From positions 2,336,001 through 2,400,000 of the forward strand of contig OZ241986.1 of assembly GCA_965204375.1 (NCBI GenBank): a DNA stretch of 64,000 bases, read 5' to 3'. Source of the DNA: Candidatus Latescibacterota bacterium. Its GTDB lineage: Bacteria; Latescibacterota; UBA2968. The position numbers and the translations under genes were made by a program. Positions 41,568 to 52,281 of this stretch are shown piece after piece. Under the pieces are notes generated by a model, which worked only from the letters and a program-made list of their open reading frames with translations, was not told the origin of the DNA and made no database searches. The first letter of the stretch is position 1, and every line of letters starts with the position of its first letter.

Positions 41568-43921
41568 GGCTCTCCCCGCTTCCGTCTCAAATACCATTCA
41601 ACGCCGAGCAACAACACGAGTAGAATATAAAAAGGCGGAAAATGCCACAACGGAAAACGATCCAATCGCGCATGAGCCTGGTCGGTATATGGAATCTGCT
41701 CAGCCAATTCGTCGAGCGCGTCCAACTCGATAAATTTGCCACCCGTGTGTGCAGACAGGCGTTTCAAAAAATCGGGATTATAACGCGCAGACAAAAACTC
41801 GAGATGATCTGGTCGCGCCAGCACAGCCGCGTCCAACTGCCCAATATCCGCGCCATCGGAATCGCGCGCCGTGAGCTTCACGCGGTGCAATCCCGTTTCC
41901 GTAGCCTCAAAAATCGCAGAATACGCCCCCACCTCGGCAATAGACTCAGAAATCGGCAATCTAATCGTTCCACCATTCGGTATCTCGACCTGCACATCAA
42001 CGGACAGCCCTTCGCGGGGTTCGAAAAGAGAATCGCGCACCACAAACTTCAAATCGCGCATGTCTCCTACGACAACATCCTCGCCGCTATCGATCATCGT
42101 CACAGGCTCTGGCACCCGCATCGCCAGCAAACGCGCCAACTGCCGCCAAAAGCGTTCATGGGCAGCATCTTCAACATTCTGCATCATCTGCCACTGCCAC
42201 GTCTCGCCCGTACCCAACGCAGCACTCAAACCCTCTCCATAACGCTGCCAGGCAAACAGCGGTTGTCCATCCACAGCTTCAGATCCCGCATCCACCGTCG
42301 CCATCACCGTTGCACCAGCGCGCACAGACGCAAACGCATTGACCCCGTAAAGCGCGGACAAATTCGCCCACTGCTCGGCATTGAGTTTGGCATCTTCGCT
42401 CAAAGACCAGACCCCGGACAATACGCCTTCAATCGTCGGCTTAGCGCGAAAAGCCACATCGTCGTAATCGCCCGCGGGACCCAACACAACGGGCAACATC
42501 GGTTCAATAGTCGAATGCATCCACCCGCCTTCTGAGTACGCGCGAGGGCCGCCCAGCATCAAAAAACTGCCCCCGCGTTTGGACACAAATTCTCGCGTCA
42601 AATTGAGTTGGGCAAGAGAAAAAAAATCGCGTTCAATATCCCCCCAGATCACCACATGGTAGCGAAAAAGCTCTGATACTTCTGAGGGATACCCGCCCAC
42701 CAACTCCGACTCTGACACACCAATGCGGATAAAAACCGCTTCGTCATAACGCGGCGCATTCAGCGCCTGATCGTCAAAGCCCTCGAACAGGGGATTCGCC
42801 ATCGTCGCATCGCGCCCCCGGAATACAAACTTGCGCTCGGCACCAGAAATGCGAACCAGACTCGACAAAACGAGTTGCGGCGCCCCATCTAAGGCACGCC
42901 GTAAAAACTTGCCCTCCCAATTAGGACGCCCGCTAAAATACAAAATGCGAAAAACGCGCTCGCGATTATCCACCAGAATATCCCGCGCATTATTCTCAGC
43001 AATGCGGTCTTTGGTCGCAACGTCTGTAGTATCTGCCAAACGCACCCGCACGCGGTGTGATACCCAGCCATCTCTTTGCGGATCAAAAGCGAGCCGAACG
43101 TAATTCTCTTCTTCTGGTCCCACAATCGAAAGCGGTGACGACGCCACCACCCGCTTGCCATCCAGGACATCGACCACCACATCTTCACCGCCCAACCCCT
43201 CGGCCACCACCCGCGCGGTAACTGCCACCTCATCGGATCGCACGCGCGACACCGACACATCGGTCAATGCCAGATCGCGCCAGAGATCATCGCGGCCTAT
43301 TCCCACTGTAAAAACGGGCACATCGCGGGACAAATCCGTTATCGGAACGGGCGTGACACTTTGCTGCACCCCATCGCTAAATACCACCACAGCCGACACC
43401 GCAGCCCCCGACATTTGCTTGAGCACCCCGCGAACTGCACCGACAATATCTGTTCGCCCCTGATCAAACGCGAGGTCCTCAACCTCATTAACGCGCGCTG
43501 TCGTGCTGCCAAACCGAAACCGCGCCACCTGATGGGATTGTGTCAAAACGCGCTCAAAATCCGACGCCTGATACACCTGCACAAATCTTTCTGCTCGCGC
43601 CTGCCCATCGTATTCGGGCACCGTCATACTGCGGGAATCATCAAACAAAACAGGCACAAAATGCGTGCCAGGCTCCAATTTTCGCGCCACCAGCACAGGT
43701 CCCAATAACAAAAATAGCACCAGCGTCAATGCCACCGCGCGCAACCCAATCAACATCTTTGAAAGCGCGGGGCGCCGCCTGTGCCAAAAAACCACACTCA
43801 CACAAAAAACAATGCCGAGTAAGACCAGCGCCACAGGCCATGCGACATCCAGTGCAAACCGCACATCCCGATACGCAACGGCGCGATCCCCGACCAATAA
43901 GTGTAATAACCAGTCAGTCAC
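41564..43921 (-). CDS. Membrane-anchored VWA + glutamine-amidotransferase-like domain protein
   Basis: Two N-terminal TM segments; MIDAS-like LFDDSRSM; VFSDG; GGSFLMLGG; YGEGLS..ETWQW; C-terminal TM ending EWYLRRKRG. Confidence 0.75.
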   Translation of the reverse strand: MTDWLLHLLVGDRAVAYRDVRFALDVAWPVALVLLGIVFCVSVVFWHRRRPALSKMLIGLRAVALTLVLFLLLGPVLVARKLEPGTHFVPVLFDDSRSMTVPEYDGQARAERFVQVYQASDFERVLTQSHQVARFRFGSTTARVNEVEDLAFDQGRTDIVGAVRGVLKQMSGAAVSAVVVFSDGVQQSVTPVPITDLSRDVPVFTVGIGRDDLWRDLALTDVSVSRVRSDEVAVTARVVAEGLGGEDVVVDVLDGKRVVASSPLSIVGPEEENYVRLAFDPQRDGWVSHRVRVRLADTTDVATKDRIAENNARDILVDNRERVFRILYFSGRPNWEGKFLRRALDGAPQLVLSSLVRISGAERKFVFRGRDATMANPLFEGFDDQALNAPRYDEAVFIRIGVSESELVGGYPSEVSELFRYHVVIWGDIERDFFSLAQLNLTREFVSKRGGSFLMLGGPRAYSEGGWMHSTIEPMLPVVLGPAGDYDDVAFRAKPTIEGVLSGVWSLSEDAKLNAEQWANLSALYGVNAFASVRAGATVMATVDAGSEAVDGQPLFAWQRYGEGLSAALGTGETWQWQMMQNVEDAAHERFWRQLARLLAMRVPEPVTMIDSGEDVVVGDMRDLKFVVRDSLFEPREGLSVDVQVEIPNGGTIRLPISESIAEVGAYSAIFEATETGLHRVKLTARDSDGADIGQLDAAVLARPDHLEFLSARYNPDFLKRLSAHTGGKFIELDALDELAEQIPYTDQAHARLDRFPLWHFPPFYILLVLLLGVEWYLRRKRGEP

Positions 43922-46900
43922 TTCTCACTTTCCGTCAACGCTTTAAAATACTCGGCAACGCGGGCGCGGTATTGCTCGGGAATTTCGTCTGCCTTGCCAG
44001 CGGAAAGACCATAGTCTCCCTTACGCTCGCGAATCAACACCGACAATTCTTCGGCAGACAGCGTCAAAGGCTTGATCGCGCGCTCAAAAATCAAATCGTA
44101 CTGAGGCACCGCCCCCTTGCGATAATAATCGCGCCCAATACCCGCCAGATCTTCGCGGATACCCGTCAAACGCTGTCGCACACCCAAATCAGTCGGCAAA
44201 AGCGACTCGGCCTCGCGCAAGCGATCCATCCAATCGCGAAAACCGCTTTCGGCAAAACGCCGCAACGCATCGGGATCTTGCGGTCCCCACCCAAAACGCC
44301 CGTCACCATCCCCTCTTTCTTCTCCCATCACACGCTCCAGACGCTCCTGCGCCCGCTCCAGTGCCTCCAGATCATCGCGCACCAGAAGTTGCGCGACACC
44401 ATCGAGTTTTTCAGCCGCCTGATCCAACTTCTCCGCCACGCCGCGCTCGTGTGTTTCCGATGCCTGCCACGCTCCCAATCTCACCAATCGCTCGCCCGCT
44501 TGCATATCTTCAAAAATGCCCTCTCGGCTCGTCTCGCGCAGCCAGTCATTGAGTTTTTGCGCCATCAAACCCTGGCTTTCAGCGGCCTTTTCTGCCAACG
44601 CACTCGCTTCCTCCATCATATCGCGGAACTGATCGGTCGTGCGTTGCTTGCCCTCGAGCATCTCGCTCAACGCGCGCTCCGAATCAGACAACGTTCCACG
44701 CCTCGTCTGCTGCTCCTGAGCCTGTGCGACCAGACCGCGCTGTTGGGCGCGCAAACTATCCATATCTTCTTGCAACATTCTCATGCGCTCAGCGGCTGCC
44801 CCGCGAGATAAATTGCCCAATTGCTCCTGCACATCGCGCAATGCGTCCAAAGCGCGATTGCCCGCAGCCCGCGCCCGTTGCAATTGATCACCCTGAAGAT
44901 TTTGCGCGCTACGACTCATTTGCCGCCGCGCACCTTCCAATTGTTCTCGCGCCCGCCGCGCCTGTTGTGGATCCATATCCCCAGACGCAATCTCGCCATT
45001 GACCGCATCGAGCGCGTCCATCGTCTGACGCTGCGCCTCGCGCAACTGCTCCAGGCGCCTTTCAGCCTCTTCGCGCGCTTCGCGCTCCAGCTTTTCCGCC
45101 TCTGAAATTAACTGCGCCACATCTTCGTTAATCGCTGCCTGCCGCCTCGTCAATTCCTCAATTTTATTTTGTGCCTCTGCCGTCTCCGCAAGTTGCTGTT
45201 GCAATGTAGAGGCCTCTTCCCGAAAATCTCGTCGCTGCGCCAACTCCAGACCATCTAACTCGCGTTGCTGTGCCTGACCCCCGCCACCTCCGCGCTGCCG
45301 CTGCCTGTTTTGCACGACCTCGGCCTCTCTCGGTCTCCTCTGCAAAAGATATCGATACGCGCGCTGTGCATGCCCCCAGGCCCTTGCCAATGCCGCATCG
45401 GGATCGTCAAAAGACGCCTCGTGTAATGCCTCTACAACACCCGCAAACTCGGCTTCCAAATCCGCTGCTGGATTCCTCACAGAACCCCGAACATTCTCCT
45501 GCGCTTCAATAATAGAGTCCTTTTGCTCATCGTATTCTTCCCGATCCATTCCCGACGCGCCTTTGCGCAAATTCCAGATCGCAATAATCACTTGCTTCTG
45601 GCCCTCAGCACCACCCCGCTGCCCCCTGCCCTGCCCCTGCTGACCGCCCTCATTGCTCACAGCCTGGCGATAGAGCCGTTCAAAAGGCCGAATCTCCAAA
45701 AAATAGGGATCGCCCAAAGTCTCCACCTCAGACCGTCCAGGCTTGCCATCTTCTGCCCAGACCGTCCAGGTAATAAAATCGCCCGCCGCGAGACCCAGAC
45801 CTTCCAACGCCATCGGATACTCGCCCTCTGCACTCTCTATCCGCGCAGTCTCCGTCTTAAGAGAAATTCGCACAGGATCGCGCCCTGCCACCTCGTATTG
45901 CAAACCGTAATCCATAAGCCCGTAATCATCTTTTATCGAAAACCCAAAAGCTACCTCCTCAATTGCCGTAGCTTCGTCATCCCCGCGTGGAAAACGAATC
46001 TGAATGCGCGGCGGCTGATCGACCTTCGCCGTAATTTTATACGCGCGCGCATACTCATTTTCCTCGCCTTCGGCATCTTGCAACCCCACCTCGTACGAGC
46101 CATTCTCTGTAATCGACAGCGCGCCTTCCCACACGGCATCGTCTGATTTCTCCAACACCATTTCTTTTTCACCATCCAATACCAGCGATGCCTTCTCCAA
46201 CTCTTTATTCACCGTCACCGCCACCACCACCTCAGTACCTTCGGGTGCCGTAATATCGCCGCCATAAGGCACGTCCCGGTCTTTCATCTCCAAATAGTCG
46301 GGATAGCGATATAAAAGTCCAATCGACACGACCTCGGGTGGCGTCCACACCGAAAGCCGATACACTTCTGAACGATAAGCCCCAACCTGCACCTGGTATT
46401 CTGTATCGGCATACAAATCGCGCAACTGGTGGGCAAACACATCGCCAGCCTCTCCAGGCTCTAACGGCGCGGTTTGCCAGTCCCCGCCCGATGTCCGCCA
46501 CTGAATTGCCTTGCTCGCACCCATAAGATCTGTCGTCACCCACACCATCTGATGCGCCCCGCGCCGCACCCGCGCATCACCCGGTTCAACCGTATAGGGC
46601 ACCGGCAAAACCGGTGCAAAAAACAAACGCCCTGCAATATCGCGCAGATCAACCTGCCACAACGCGATGAGCAACACAACAGCACCCAATCCCCAAACCC
46701 CGACAACCGCGCGGCGCACGCGCTTCAAAACGCGCAAATCAATCACAGGTGGTGCCTGTATCGCCGACAATTCGCGCACCTGTTGAAACACCTGCTCGGT
46801 CATCCACTCGGAAACCGGCGTTGAACCGTGCAGCGACACAGTGCTCACAATCAGATCCTCAAGCTCGGGATGATGTGCATCGATAAACAGCGCGATCTGC

Positions 46901-47154
46901 TCTCGTGTCACCACCGCCCGCTGCGGAACGTACAACCACTTATAACCCGCACCAAAAACCAGAATGAGAAATGTGAGCACTGGCACAATAACAGGTACGC
47001 GATCGGCAAAAGCCACCACAGCGCACAACCCGATCAGCAAACCCAAAAACACCGCGCCAAACATCAACCGACCCTGCAAACGCCGCCGCCGCTCAAACTG
47101 CGCGGCCACTTCGCGGATCGCATGTTCTAATTTAAGCGGTAGCAATGGTATCAT
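43918..47154 (-). CDS. DUF4175-like membrane protein: TM helices, Ig-like region, long coiled coil
   Basis: TM segments; DQPPRIQI, DDYGL; Q/E/R-rich coiled coil; C-terminal IPEQYRARVAEYFKAL; start placed at ATGA overlap 47154. Confidence 0.7.
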   Translation of the reverse strand: MIPLLPLKLEHAIREVAAQFERRRRLQGRLMFGAVFLGLLIGLCAVVAFADRVPVIVPVLTFLILVFGAGYKWLYVPQRAVVTREQIALFIDAHHPELEDLIVSTVSLHGSTPVSEWMTEQVFQQVRELSAIQAPPVIDLRVLKRVRRAVVGVWGLGAVVLLIALWQVDLRDIAGRLFFAPVLPVPYTVEPGDARVRRGAHQMVWVTTDLMGASKAIQWRTSGGDWQTAPLEPGEAGDVFAHQLRDLYADTEYQVQVGAYRSEVYRLSVWTPPEVVSIGLLYRYPDYLEMKDRDVPYGGDITAPEGTEVVVAVTVNKELEKASLVLDGEKEMVLEKSDDAVWEGALSITENGSYEVGLQDAEGEENEYARAYKITAKVDQPPRIQIRFPRGDDEATAIEEVAFGFSIKDDYGLMDYGLQYEVAGRDPVRISLKTETARIESAEGEYPMALEGLGLAAGDFITWTVWAEDGKPGRSEVETLGDPYFLEIRPFERLYRQAVSNEGGQQGQGRGQRGGAEGQKQVIIAIWNLRKGASGMDREEYDEQKDSIIEAQENVRGSVRNPAADLEAEFAGVVEALHEASFDDPDAALARAWGHAQRAYRYLLQRRPREAEVVQNRQRQRGGGGGQAQQRELDGLELAQRRDFREEASTLQQQLAETAEAQNKIEELTRRQAAINEDVAQLISEAEKLEREAREEAERRLEQLREAQRQTMDALDAVNGEIASGDMDPQQARRAREQLEGARRQMSRSAQNLQGDQLQRARAAGNRALDALRDVQEQLGNLSRGAAAERMRMLQEDMDSLRAQQRGLVAQAQEQQTRRGTLSDSERALSEMLEGKQRTTDQFRDMMEEASALAEKAAESQGLMAQKLNDWLRETSREGIFEDMQAGERLVRLGAWQASETHERGVAEKLDQAAEKLDGVAQLLVRDDLEALERAQERLERVMGEERGDGDGRFGWGPQDPDALRRFAESGFRDWMDRLREAESLLPTDLGVRQRLTGIREDLAGIGRDYYRKGAVPQYDLIFERAIKPLTLSAEELSVLIRERKGDYGLSAGKADEIPEQYRARVAEYFKALTESEK

Positions 47155-49067
47155 GTCCGTACCTCCCGCGCGCTTAAATACGCGGCGTAAAAATGTTCGA
47201 CCAAAAGCAAGGCGAGCAAAAAACCGAGTATCCAACGCCCATATTCATACACAATCGAAAGATCAGCCGATGGTTTGCCATCTCGCCGAAATAACACGGG
47301 CGCATCGCAAAGCCGAATCTCAAATTCCGCGGGCGTTATCCGCGCCAAATCGCTCTCTCGATCTGCGACATTGACCGATGCGATTTGCGTTCCCCACTGA
47401 TACACGCCTGGCGCGTAAAATATGCGCGCATCGCCAATTACAGAATCCGACCCCTCTCCCATAACTCGTTCCACCGCATCAGACGTGCTTATGGCATCGC
47501 CCACCTGATAATCTGTCCTGATCTCTCGATCACCCGATAAATAGCGCAACGTCTCGTGCAACAAAGGCACAAACCGCGGCGTCCGCGCCAGATTTGACCG
47601 ATCAAACCCCATTCCACCGCCCCAGACCACAATGCGACCTTCTCCTATCTTGCCTTCGACAATAGCGGGCATAAGATTGTCGTATTTTGCCAGCACTGTA
47701 GCTGAACTGTCAGCGTTAATAACGTGGTAATTCTCATAGCGCACAGATGAAAAATCGTTAAATCGCGCCCCCCTGAAAGGGCGAAAAATGGGATGTTCCA
47801 AATTGACCCACGCCAACGCGGCATAACCCGCATCCTCCACCCCTGAAATCCTTATATTCGCGCGTGCGAGCAAAGCATTCACAGACTGAATATCGGCATC
47901 TCTGCGAAGCGGCAAAAACAGCGCTCCGCCTTCTTCAACATAATCTGCAAATTCACTTACAGAAGTCACATCCTCGGCAATCACCACCGACCCTATAAGT
48001 TCCCCAGACCAGATCAATCGCCAATCCGCACCCTCGGGCACAGCAGCCTTGAGCATAAATCGCGAGGACTCCGAAGCGTTCAACACCGCGATGGGATGTT
48101 GCGGTTTGGCAAGCCACGCAAAAAAACGGCGATCATCTCGCTTCAACCCATCGCCTCCCGCGAGCGCGACATATCCGTTTATCCCATCCTCCAAAGGCAC
48201 GGAAAAAGCCACCTGTGTAGCATTGCCCTGCAACACCGTCACATCGCGCGTTTCTATCACCTCTCCATCAACCACCAGTTGCGCGGCAAGCGCGCCTTGC
48301 CCAGACCAATTTCTCACCCGAGCGCGAACCCGCAAAACATCGTCCTTTACAGCCCGCACAGCGAGCGCGTCAACCGATGCATTGGACACAGCGTTCGCCC
48401 CCACATCAACCGCTTGAAGCTCAATCGCACCCGGCAGTCGCCATCCCATATCGGACACCGGCATGCCACTCGCCTGAAAATCGCTGATCACGTGAACCAC
48501 GCGCTTCACCTGCGCAGTATCAGCCGCAAAAACATGCTCAACCGCCTGAAGAGCCGCGGTATAATCGGTATGTCCCCACGTCACATCGGCGACCTCAATA
48601 GCACGTCGAACATCTACCACATCACCCGAAATTGGCACATCCACCACGGGCTGTTGTGCAAATCGCACAAACCCAACCCGATCTCCCGGTCCCAGAGTCT
48701 CCAGCACGGATTTCGCCTCCATTTTCGCCCGCTCCCACACCCCATTATATCCCATACTCAGCGAAACATCCATCGCAATCACATGATCAGTCGTTCCCGA
48801 AGACACCGCCTCAGCATCCAACATCATCTCTTGAAAAGGCCGCGCAAACGCAAGTGCCAGAGCGACCAGCACCGCCATTCGCAACAACATCAACACAACG
48901 TGTTGAACGCGCCTGCGCTCGATCACCTCGCGTTTGACATCCGGCACAAACATCAAACTACTAAACCGCACGGTCTCGCGCTCAGGACGGCGAATGCGAT
49001 GCACAAAATAGGGAATGCCAATCAGCGCAACGCCAAATGCAAATAGCGGGACCAGCACCCCCATCAC
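47151..49067 (-). CDS. BatA-like N-terminal domain + VWA membrane protein
   Basis: IPYFVHRIRR...VRFSSLMF...LLRM..LALAFARP; MDVSLSM; VISDFQ; C-terminal TM LLLVE. Confidence 0.85.
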   Translation of the reverse strand: MMGVLVPLFAFGVALIGIPYFVHRIRRPERETVRFSSLMFVPDVKREVIERRRVQHVVLMLLRMAVLVALALAFARPFQEMMLDAEAVSSGTTDHVIAMDVSLSMGYNGVWERAKMEAKSVLETLGPGDRVGFVRFAQQPVVDVPISGDVVDVRRAIEVADVTWGHTDYTAALQAVEHVFAADTAQVKRVVHVISDFQASGMPVSDMGWRLPGAIELQAVDVGANAVSNASVDALAVRAVKDDVLRVRARVRNWSGQGALAAQLVVDGEVIETRDVTVLQGNATQVAFSVPLEDGINGYVALAGGDGLKRDDRRFFAWLAKPQHPIAVLNASESSRFMLKAAVPEGADWRLIWSGELIGSVVIAEDVTSVSEFADYVEEGGALFLPLRRDADIQSVNALLARANIRISGVEDAGYAALAWVNLEHPIFRPFRGARFNDFSSVRYENYHVINADSSATVLAKYDNLMPAIVEGKIGEGRIVVWGGGMGFDRSNLARTPRFVPLLHETLRYLSGDREIRTDYQVGDAISTSDAVERVMGEGSDSVIGDARIFYAPGVYQWGTQIASVNVADRESDLARITPAEFEIRLCDAPVLFRRDGKPSADLSIVYEYGRWILGFLLALLLVEHFYAAYLSAREVRT

Positions 49068-49996
49068 ACACCTCCCCGCGACCGCCTGCTCGGCGTGATC
49101 AGCCCATCGTTGCGCCGATGTAAAAACCGATGCAACGCCATATCTAAGGGTTCAGAACACGCGAACTCTTCAATATCGATCTCCGCCGACAAACACGCTT
49201 CCCTTATCGCATCAAAATGTCGCCTGCGATTTTCCAAATAGGCCTCTCGCACCTCCTCTGGCACGGCAAATTGCTCGCGATTATCCTCGGCATCCACCAG
49301 CGTCACCGACCGATCAAAGGGAAACGTCTGCTCAGCCGGATCGCTCACCTGCAACACCAGCACATCGTGACGCTGCGCCCGCAGGGAACGCAAATGCAAA
49401 ATCATCTCATCTGCCGGATGCAACAAATCCCCGATCAACACCACCATGCCCCGCGCAGGCAACACATCGCCCATCACACGCAACGTCCCCGCCGTATCCG
49501 TCTCTTCACCCGCGGGCCTCAAATTGTCGATCTCCATCAAAATGCGATGGCGTTGCCCATCTCGACGACGCGCTGGCACATGCGCAATCAACTCCCGATG
49601 ATAAGCGGCAAAACCCACGGCATCTCCCTGACTCGCAGCCAGCATCACCAGACACGCCGCCAGCATCTGTGCATACCGAAACTTACTCACTTCTCCCGAA
49701 CCATAGTCCATAGAAGCGCTGCAATCCAGCAAAATAGTAGAACGCAAATTGCGCTCATCCTGAAACTGCTTCACGTGCAGCCGATCACTCCGTCCGTACA
49801 GCCGCCAATCCACAAAGCGCAAATCATCGCCCCAGGCATAAGGGCGATACTGGGCAAACTCGACCGACGCCCCGTGGTGAATACTGCGATGCGCCCCACC
49901 CTGCAAGCCCGATATAACCGTACGCGCCAGAAGCTCCAGATCGGCAATACGCGCCAACTCAGCCGGATCGAGATATGTGTAAATAGAGTTTTGCAT
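49064..49996 (-). CDS. DUF58 family protein (MoxR partner)
   Basis: G.HRS..HG.SVEFAQYRPY..GDDLRFVDWRLYGRSDRL; LDCSASM. Confidence 0.92.
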   Translation of the reverse strand: MQNSIYTYLDPAELARIADLELLARTVISGLQGGAHRSIHHGASVEFAQYRPYAWGDDLRFVDWRLYGRSDRLHVKQFQDERNLRSTILLDCSASMDYGSGEVSKFRYAQMLAACLVMLAASQGDAVGFAAYHRELIAHVPARRRDGQRHRILMEIDNLRPAGEETDTAGTLRVMGDVLPARGMVVLIGDLLHPADEMILHLRSLRAQRHDVLVLQVSDPAEQTFPFDRSVTLVDAEDNREQFAVPEEVREAYLENRRRHFDAIREACLSAEIDIEEFACSEPLDMALHRFLHRRNDGLITPSRRSRGGV

Positions 49997-50019
49997 ATTA
50001 GCAATCAGCGGTCAGCCCG

Positions 50020-50052
50020 CTACTCAACCCAAAGACGAGAATCAATCAGCAT
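50020..50052 (-). pseudogene. Truncated PIN/VapC toxin remnant (MLIDSRLWVE*)
   Basis: ATG CTG ATT GAT TCT CGT CTT TGG GTT GAG TAG overlaps the antitoxin stop and resembles the VapC N-terminal xhDSxxWhE strand. Confidence 0.55.
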
Positions 50053-50267
50053 ACCATTTCACCCCGGGTCAATGCCATAATCTCATCCGTTGTCATTTTG
50101 ATCGTAGCAGACCCCAACAGACGCTTATAAGGATTTTCTTTTGGCTTCTTTACCAGATAAACACGACCATCTTCTTCAACAAAATCGACTTCTGATTTTG
50201 GTCCAATCCCCAATGCGTCACGCACCTTTTTGGGAATGGTCACTTGTCCTTTACTCGTCACACGCAT
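50046..50267 (-). CDS. AbrB/MazE/SpoVT-family antitoxin
   Basis: MRVTSKGQVTIPKKVRDALGI..EVDF; tail MTTDEIMALTRG; AGGAG RBS. Confidence 0.9.
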   Translation of the reverse strand: MRVTSKGQVTIPKKVRDALGIGPKSEVDFVEEDGRVYLVKKPKENPYKRLLGSATIKMTTDEIMALTRGEMVC

Positions 50268-50298
50268 CGCTCATTCTCCTGAAAAACATTGGTCAGTC

Positions 50299-51327
50299 TC
50301 ATACCAGATCCGCCTCTGGCGGTTGAATAGTCTCTAACAGTCGCTTGATAACATCCTCGGCATTTACGCGATCGGCTTCGGCTCTAAAATTGGTCAAAAT
50401 GCGATGGCGCAACACATTGGGGGCAACAGCTCGTACATCACCAAAAGAAACGTGATATCGCCCCTTGAGCAGTGCCCGAGCCTTTGCCCCCAGCAACAAC
50501 CCCTGCACGCCGCGTGTGCCCGCGCCCCAACTCACCCAGGAATTCACAAAATCCGGTGCCGCATCGCCCGGGCGGCTCGCCTGCACCAGTTGCACCGCAT
50601 AACGCGCCACAGGCTCGGCAACCGGAACCATCCTCACCAGCCTGGCAAAATCGAGCATATCCGCACCCGAAAACACAGGCTCAACCTCTTCAGCCTCTAT
50701 TGACGTCGTGCGCGTCGCCACATCCAACTCTTCATCCTCCGCCAAATAATCGATCCAGATATTCATCATAAAGCGATCCAACTGCGCCTCGGGCAGTGGA
50801 TAAGTCCCCTCCAGCTCAATGGGATTCTGCGTCGCCAGAACGTAAAACGGTTGCTCCAGCGCGTGCAAATTACCCCCTATTGTCACCTGCTTCTCCTCCA
50901 TCGCCTCCAGCAGTGCAGCCTGCGTCTTGGGCGGCGTGCGGTTAATCTCATCAGCCAGCAAAATATGCGTAAAAATAGGACCCGGAATAAACCGCAACTC
51001 GCGGTGGCCACCCACGCGATCCTCATCGATAATCTCTGTACCCGTTATATCCGAAGGCATCAGATCCGGCGTAAACTGCACGCGCTTAAAATCCAAATCC
51101 AAAATCTTCGCAATCGTACGCACCAGCAGCGTCTTCGCCAAACCCGGCGCCCCTGTCAACAAACAATGACCGCCGCTAAACAACACAATCAACAGCGACT
51201 CAATAACCTCATCCTGCCCGACGATCACCTTGCGAATCTGCTCCATCATCCGCGCGCGACCATCGCGCAACTTGTCTATCGCCTCGGCTTCAAATGGCGT
51301 TTCTCGAACTTGAATAGTTTCTCCCAA
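50299..51327 (-). CDS. moxR: MoxR-family AAA+ ATPase
   Basis: GAPGLAKT, RVQFTPDLMPSDITG, LADEINRTPPKTQAALLEAMEE, ATQNPIELEGTYPLPEAQLDRF. Confidence 0.95.
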   Translation of the reverse strand: MGETIQVRETPFEAEAIDKLRDGRARMMEQIRKVIVGQDEVIESLLIVLFSGGHCLLTGAPGLAKTLLVRTIAKILDLDFKRVQFTPDLMPSDITGTEIIDEDRVGGHRELRFIPGPIFTHILLADEINRTPPKTQAALLEAMEEKQVTIGGNLHALEQPFYVLATQNPIELEGTYPLPEAQLDRFMMNIWIDYLAEDEELDVATRTTSIEAEEVEPVFSGADMLDFARLVRMVPVAEPVARYAVQLVQASRPGDAAPDFVNSWVSWGAGTRGVQGLLLGAKARALLKGRYHVSFGDVRAVAPNVLRHRILTNFRAEADRVNAEDVIKRLLETIQPPEADLV

Positions 51328-51344
51328 AAGTCACCTCAATTATC

Positions 51345-52199
51345 TCAATGCGTCATCGCATACACCACGATATTAATACCCATCGGATACGCCTTGGGCG
51401 CGGAAAAATTCCGAAAATACTCGTAATTCTCGCCCTCGCGCTCCCAGCCATCGCCCAAATCTGTATTGTGCATCACCACCACCATCAACCGCCCGTCCCG
51501 ATCAAAAATGCCCTTGCAGTGCGCCTCAGAACCGTACTCGTCATAACGCCCTGCCCAGCCCTCATAAGTAATCCCCGTCGATTGCCAGTCCCAGAAACTC
51601 CCCAGACCCGGCACCTGCGGCACCTCCTTAATATCAAACACAATGTGAAACAACTCGTGATCCAGCGGAATATCCACCAGAGGAAATTCATCGGGTGGCA
51701 ACACCTGAGAAATCTCGTACTCCCAATTTCGCCACGCCTCATCCCCCCAGAAATCATCTACAAGCAAAAAGCCACCGCGCAACAAATAATCGCGCAACCC
51801 CTCCTGCTCGGACACACTCAAAGCCATCCGCCCCACTTCGAGCATATAAGTAAACGGATACTTAAACACCTCGGGATCATCGAGACGCACGACCACATGC
51901 TTAAACCGTCCGTCTTCTGTGCGATTGACATTGAGCGTTGTAATTTGAGACAAACGCAGTGAAAAATTCTCATCCGACTCGGGATAATCCACCGACCAAC
52001 TGCCCCGCCGTCGCCGATATCCCCAATCATCATCGCCCGTATAATTCGAATACTCGATACGACAGAACGTAAACGTATTGCCCGGAAAAATATCGCGCTC
52101 CATCCGCTCAATAGGACCTCGCCGTCTGCGACCAAACTGTGCATCGACATCCCACTCGGGCATCAACATCACCAACAAACACGCCAGTAGAATCCTCAT
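51345..52199 (-). CDS. DUF4159 domain protein with signal peptide
   Basis: FTFCRIEY, W..DYP, YPFTY, LRDYLLRGGFLLVDDFWG, NTDLGDGWE, MGINIVVYAMTH. Confidence 0.85.
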   Translation of the reverse strand: MRILLACLLVMLMPEWDVDAQFGRRRRGPIERMERDIFPGNTFTFCRIEYSNYTGDDDWGYRRRRGSWSVDYPESDENFSLRLSQITTLNVNRTEDGRFKHVVVRLDDPEVFKYPFTYMLEVGRMALSVSEQEGLRDYLLRGGFLLVDDFWGDEAWRNWEYEISQVLPPDEFPLVDIPLDHELFHIVFDIKEVPQVPGLGSFWDWQSTGITYEGWAGRYDEYGSEAHCKGIFDRDGRLMVVVMHNTDLGDGWEREGENYEYFRNFSAPKAYPMGINIVVYAMTH

Positions 52200-52251
52200 T
52201 GCGAAATCTCCATCCAGCTTCCTGTCTCCAGTCCCCAACCCCTTATCTTTT

Positions 52252-52281
52252 ATCTGTGTTCATCTGCGTTCATCTGCGGAT
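52252..52281. repeat. Decamer repeat element (ATCTGCGTTC)n-ATCTGCGGAT
   Basis: ATCTGTGTTC ATCTGCGTTC ATCTGCGGAT; second copy at 61411-61440. Confidence 0.75.

Noticed and set aside
47155-47235. Longer start for the DUF4175-like gene
   Set aside because: Overlaps the BatA-like gene; the ATGA-coupled start at 47154 fits better.
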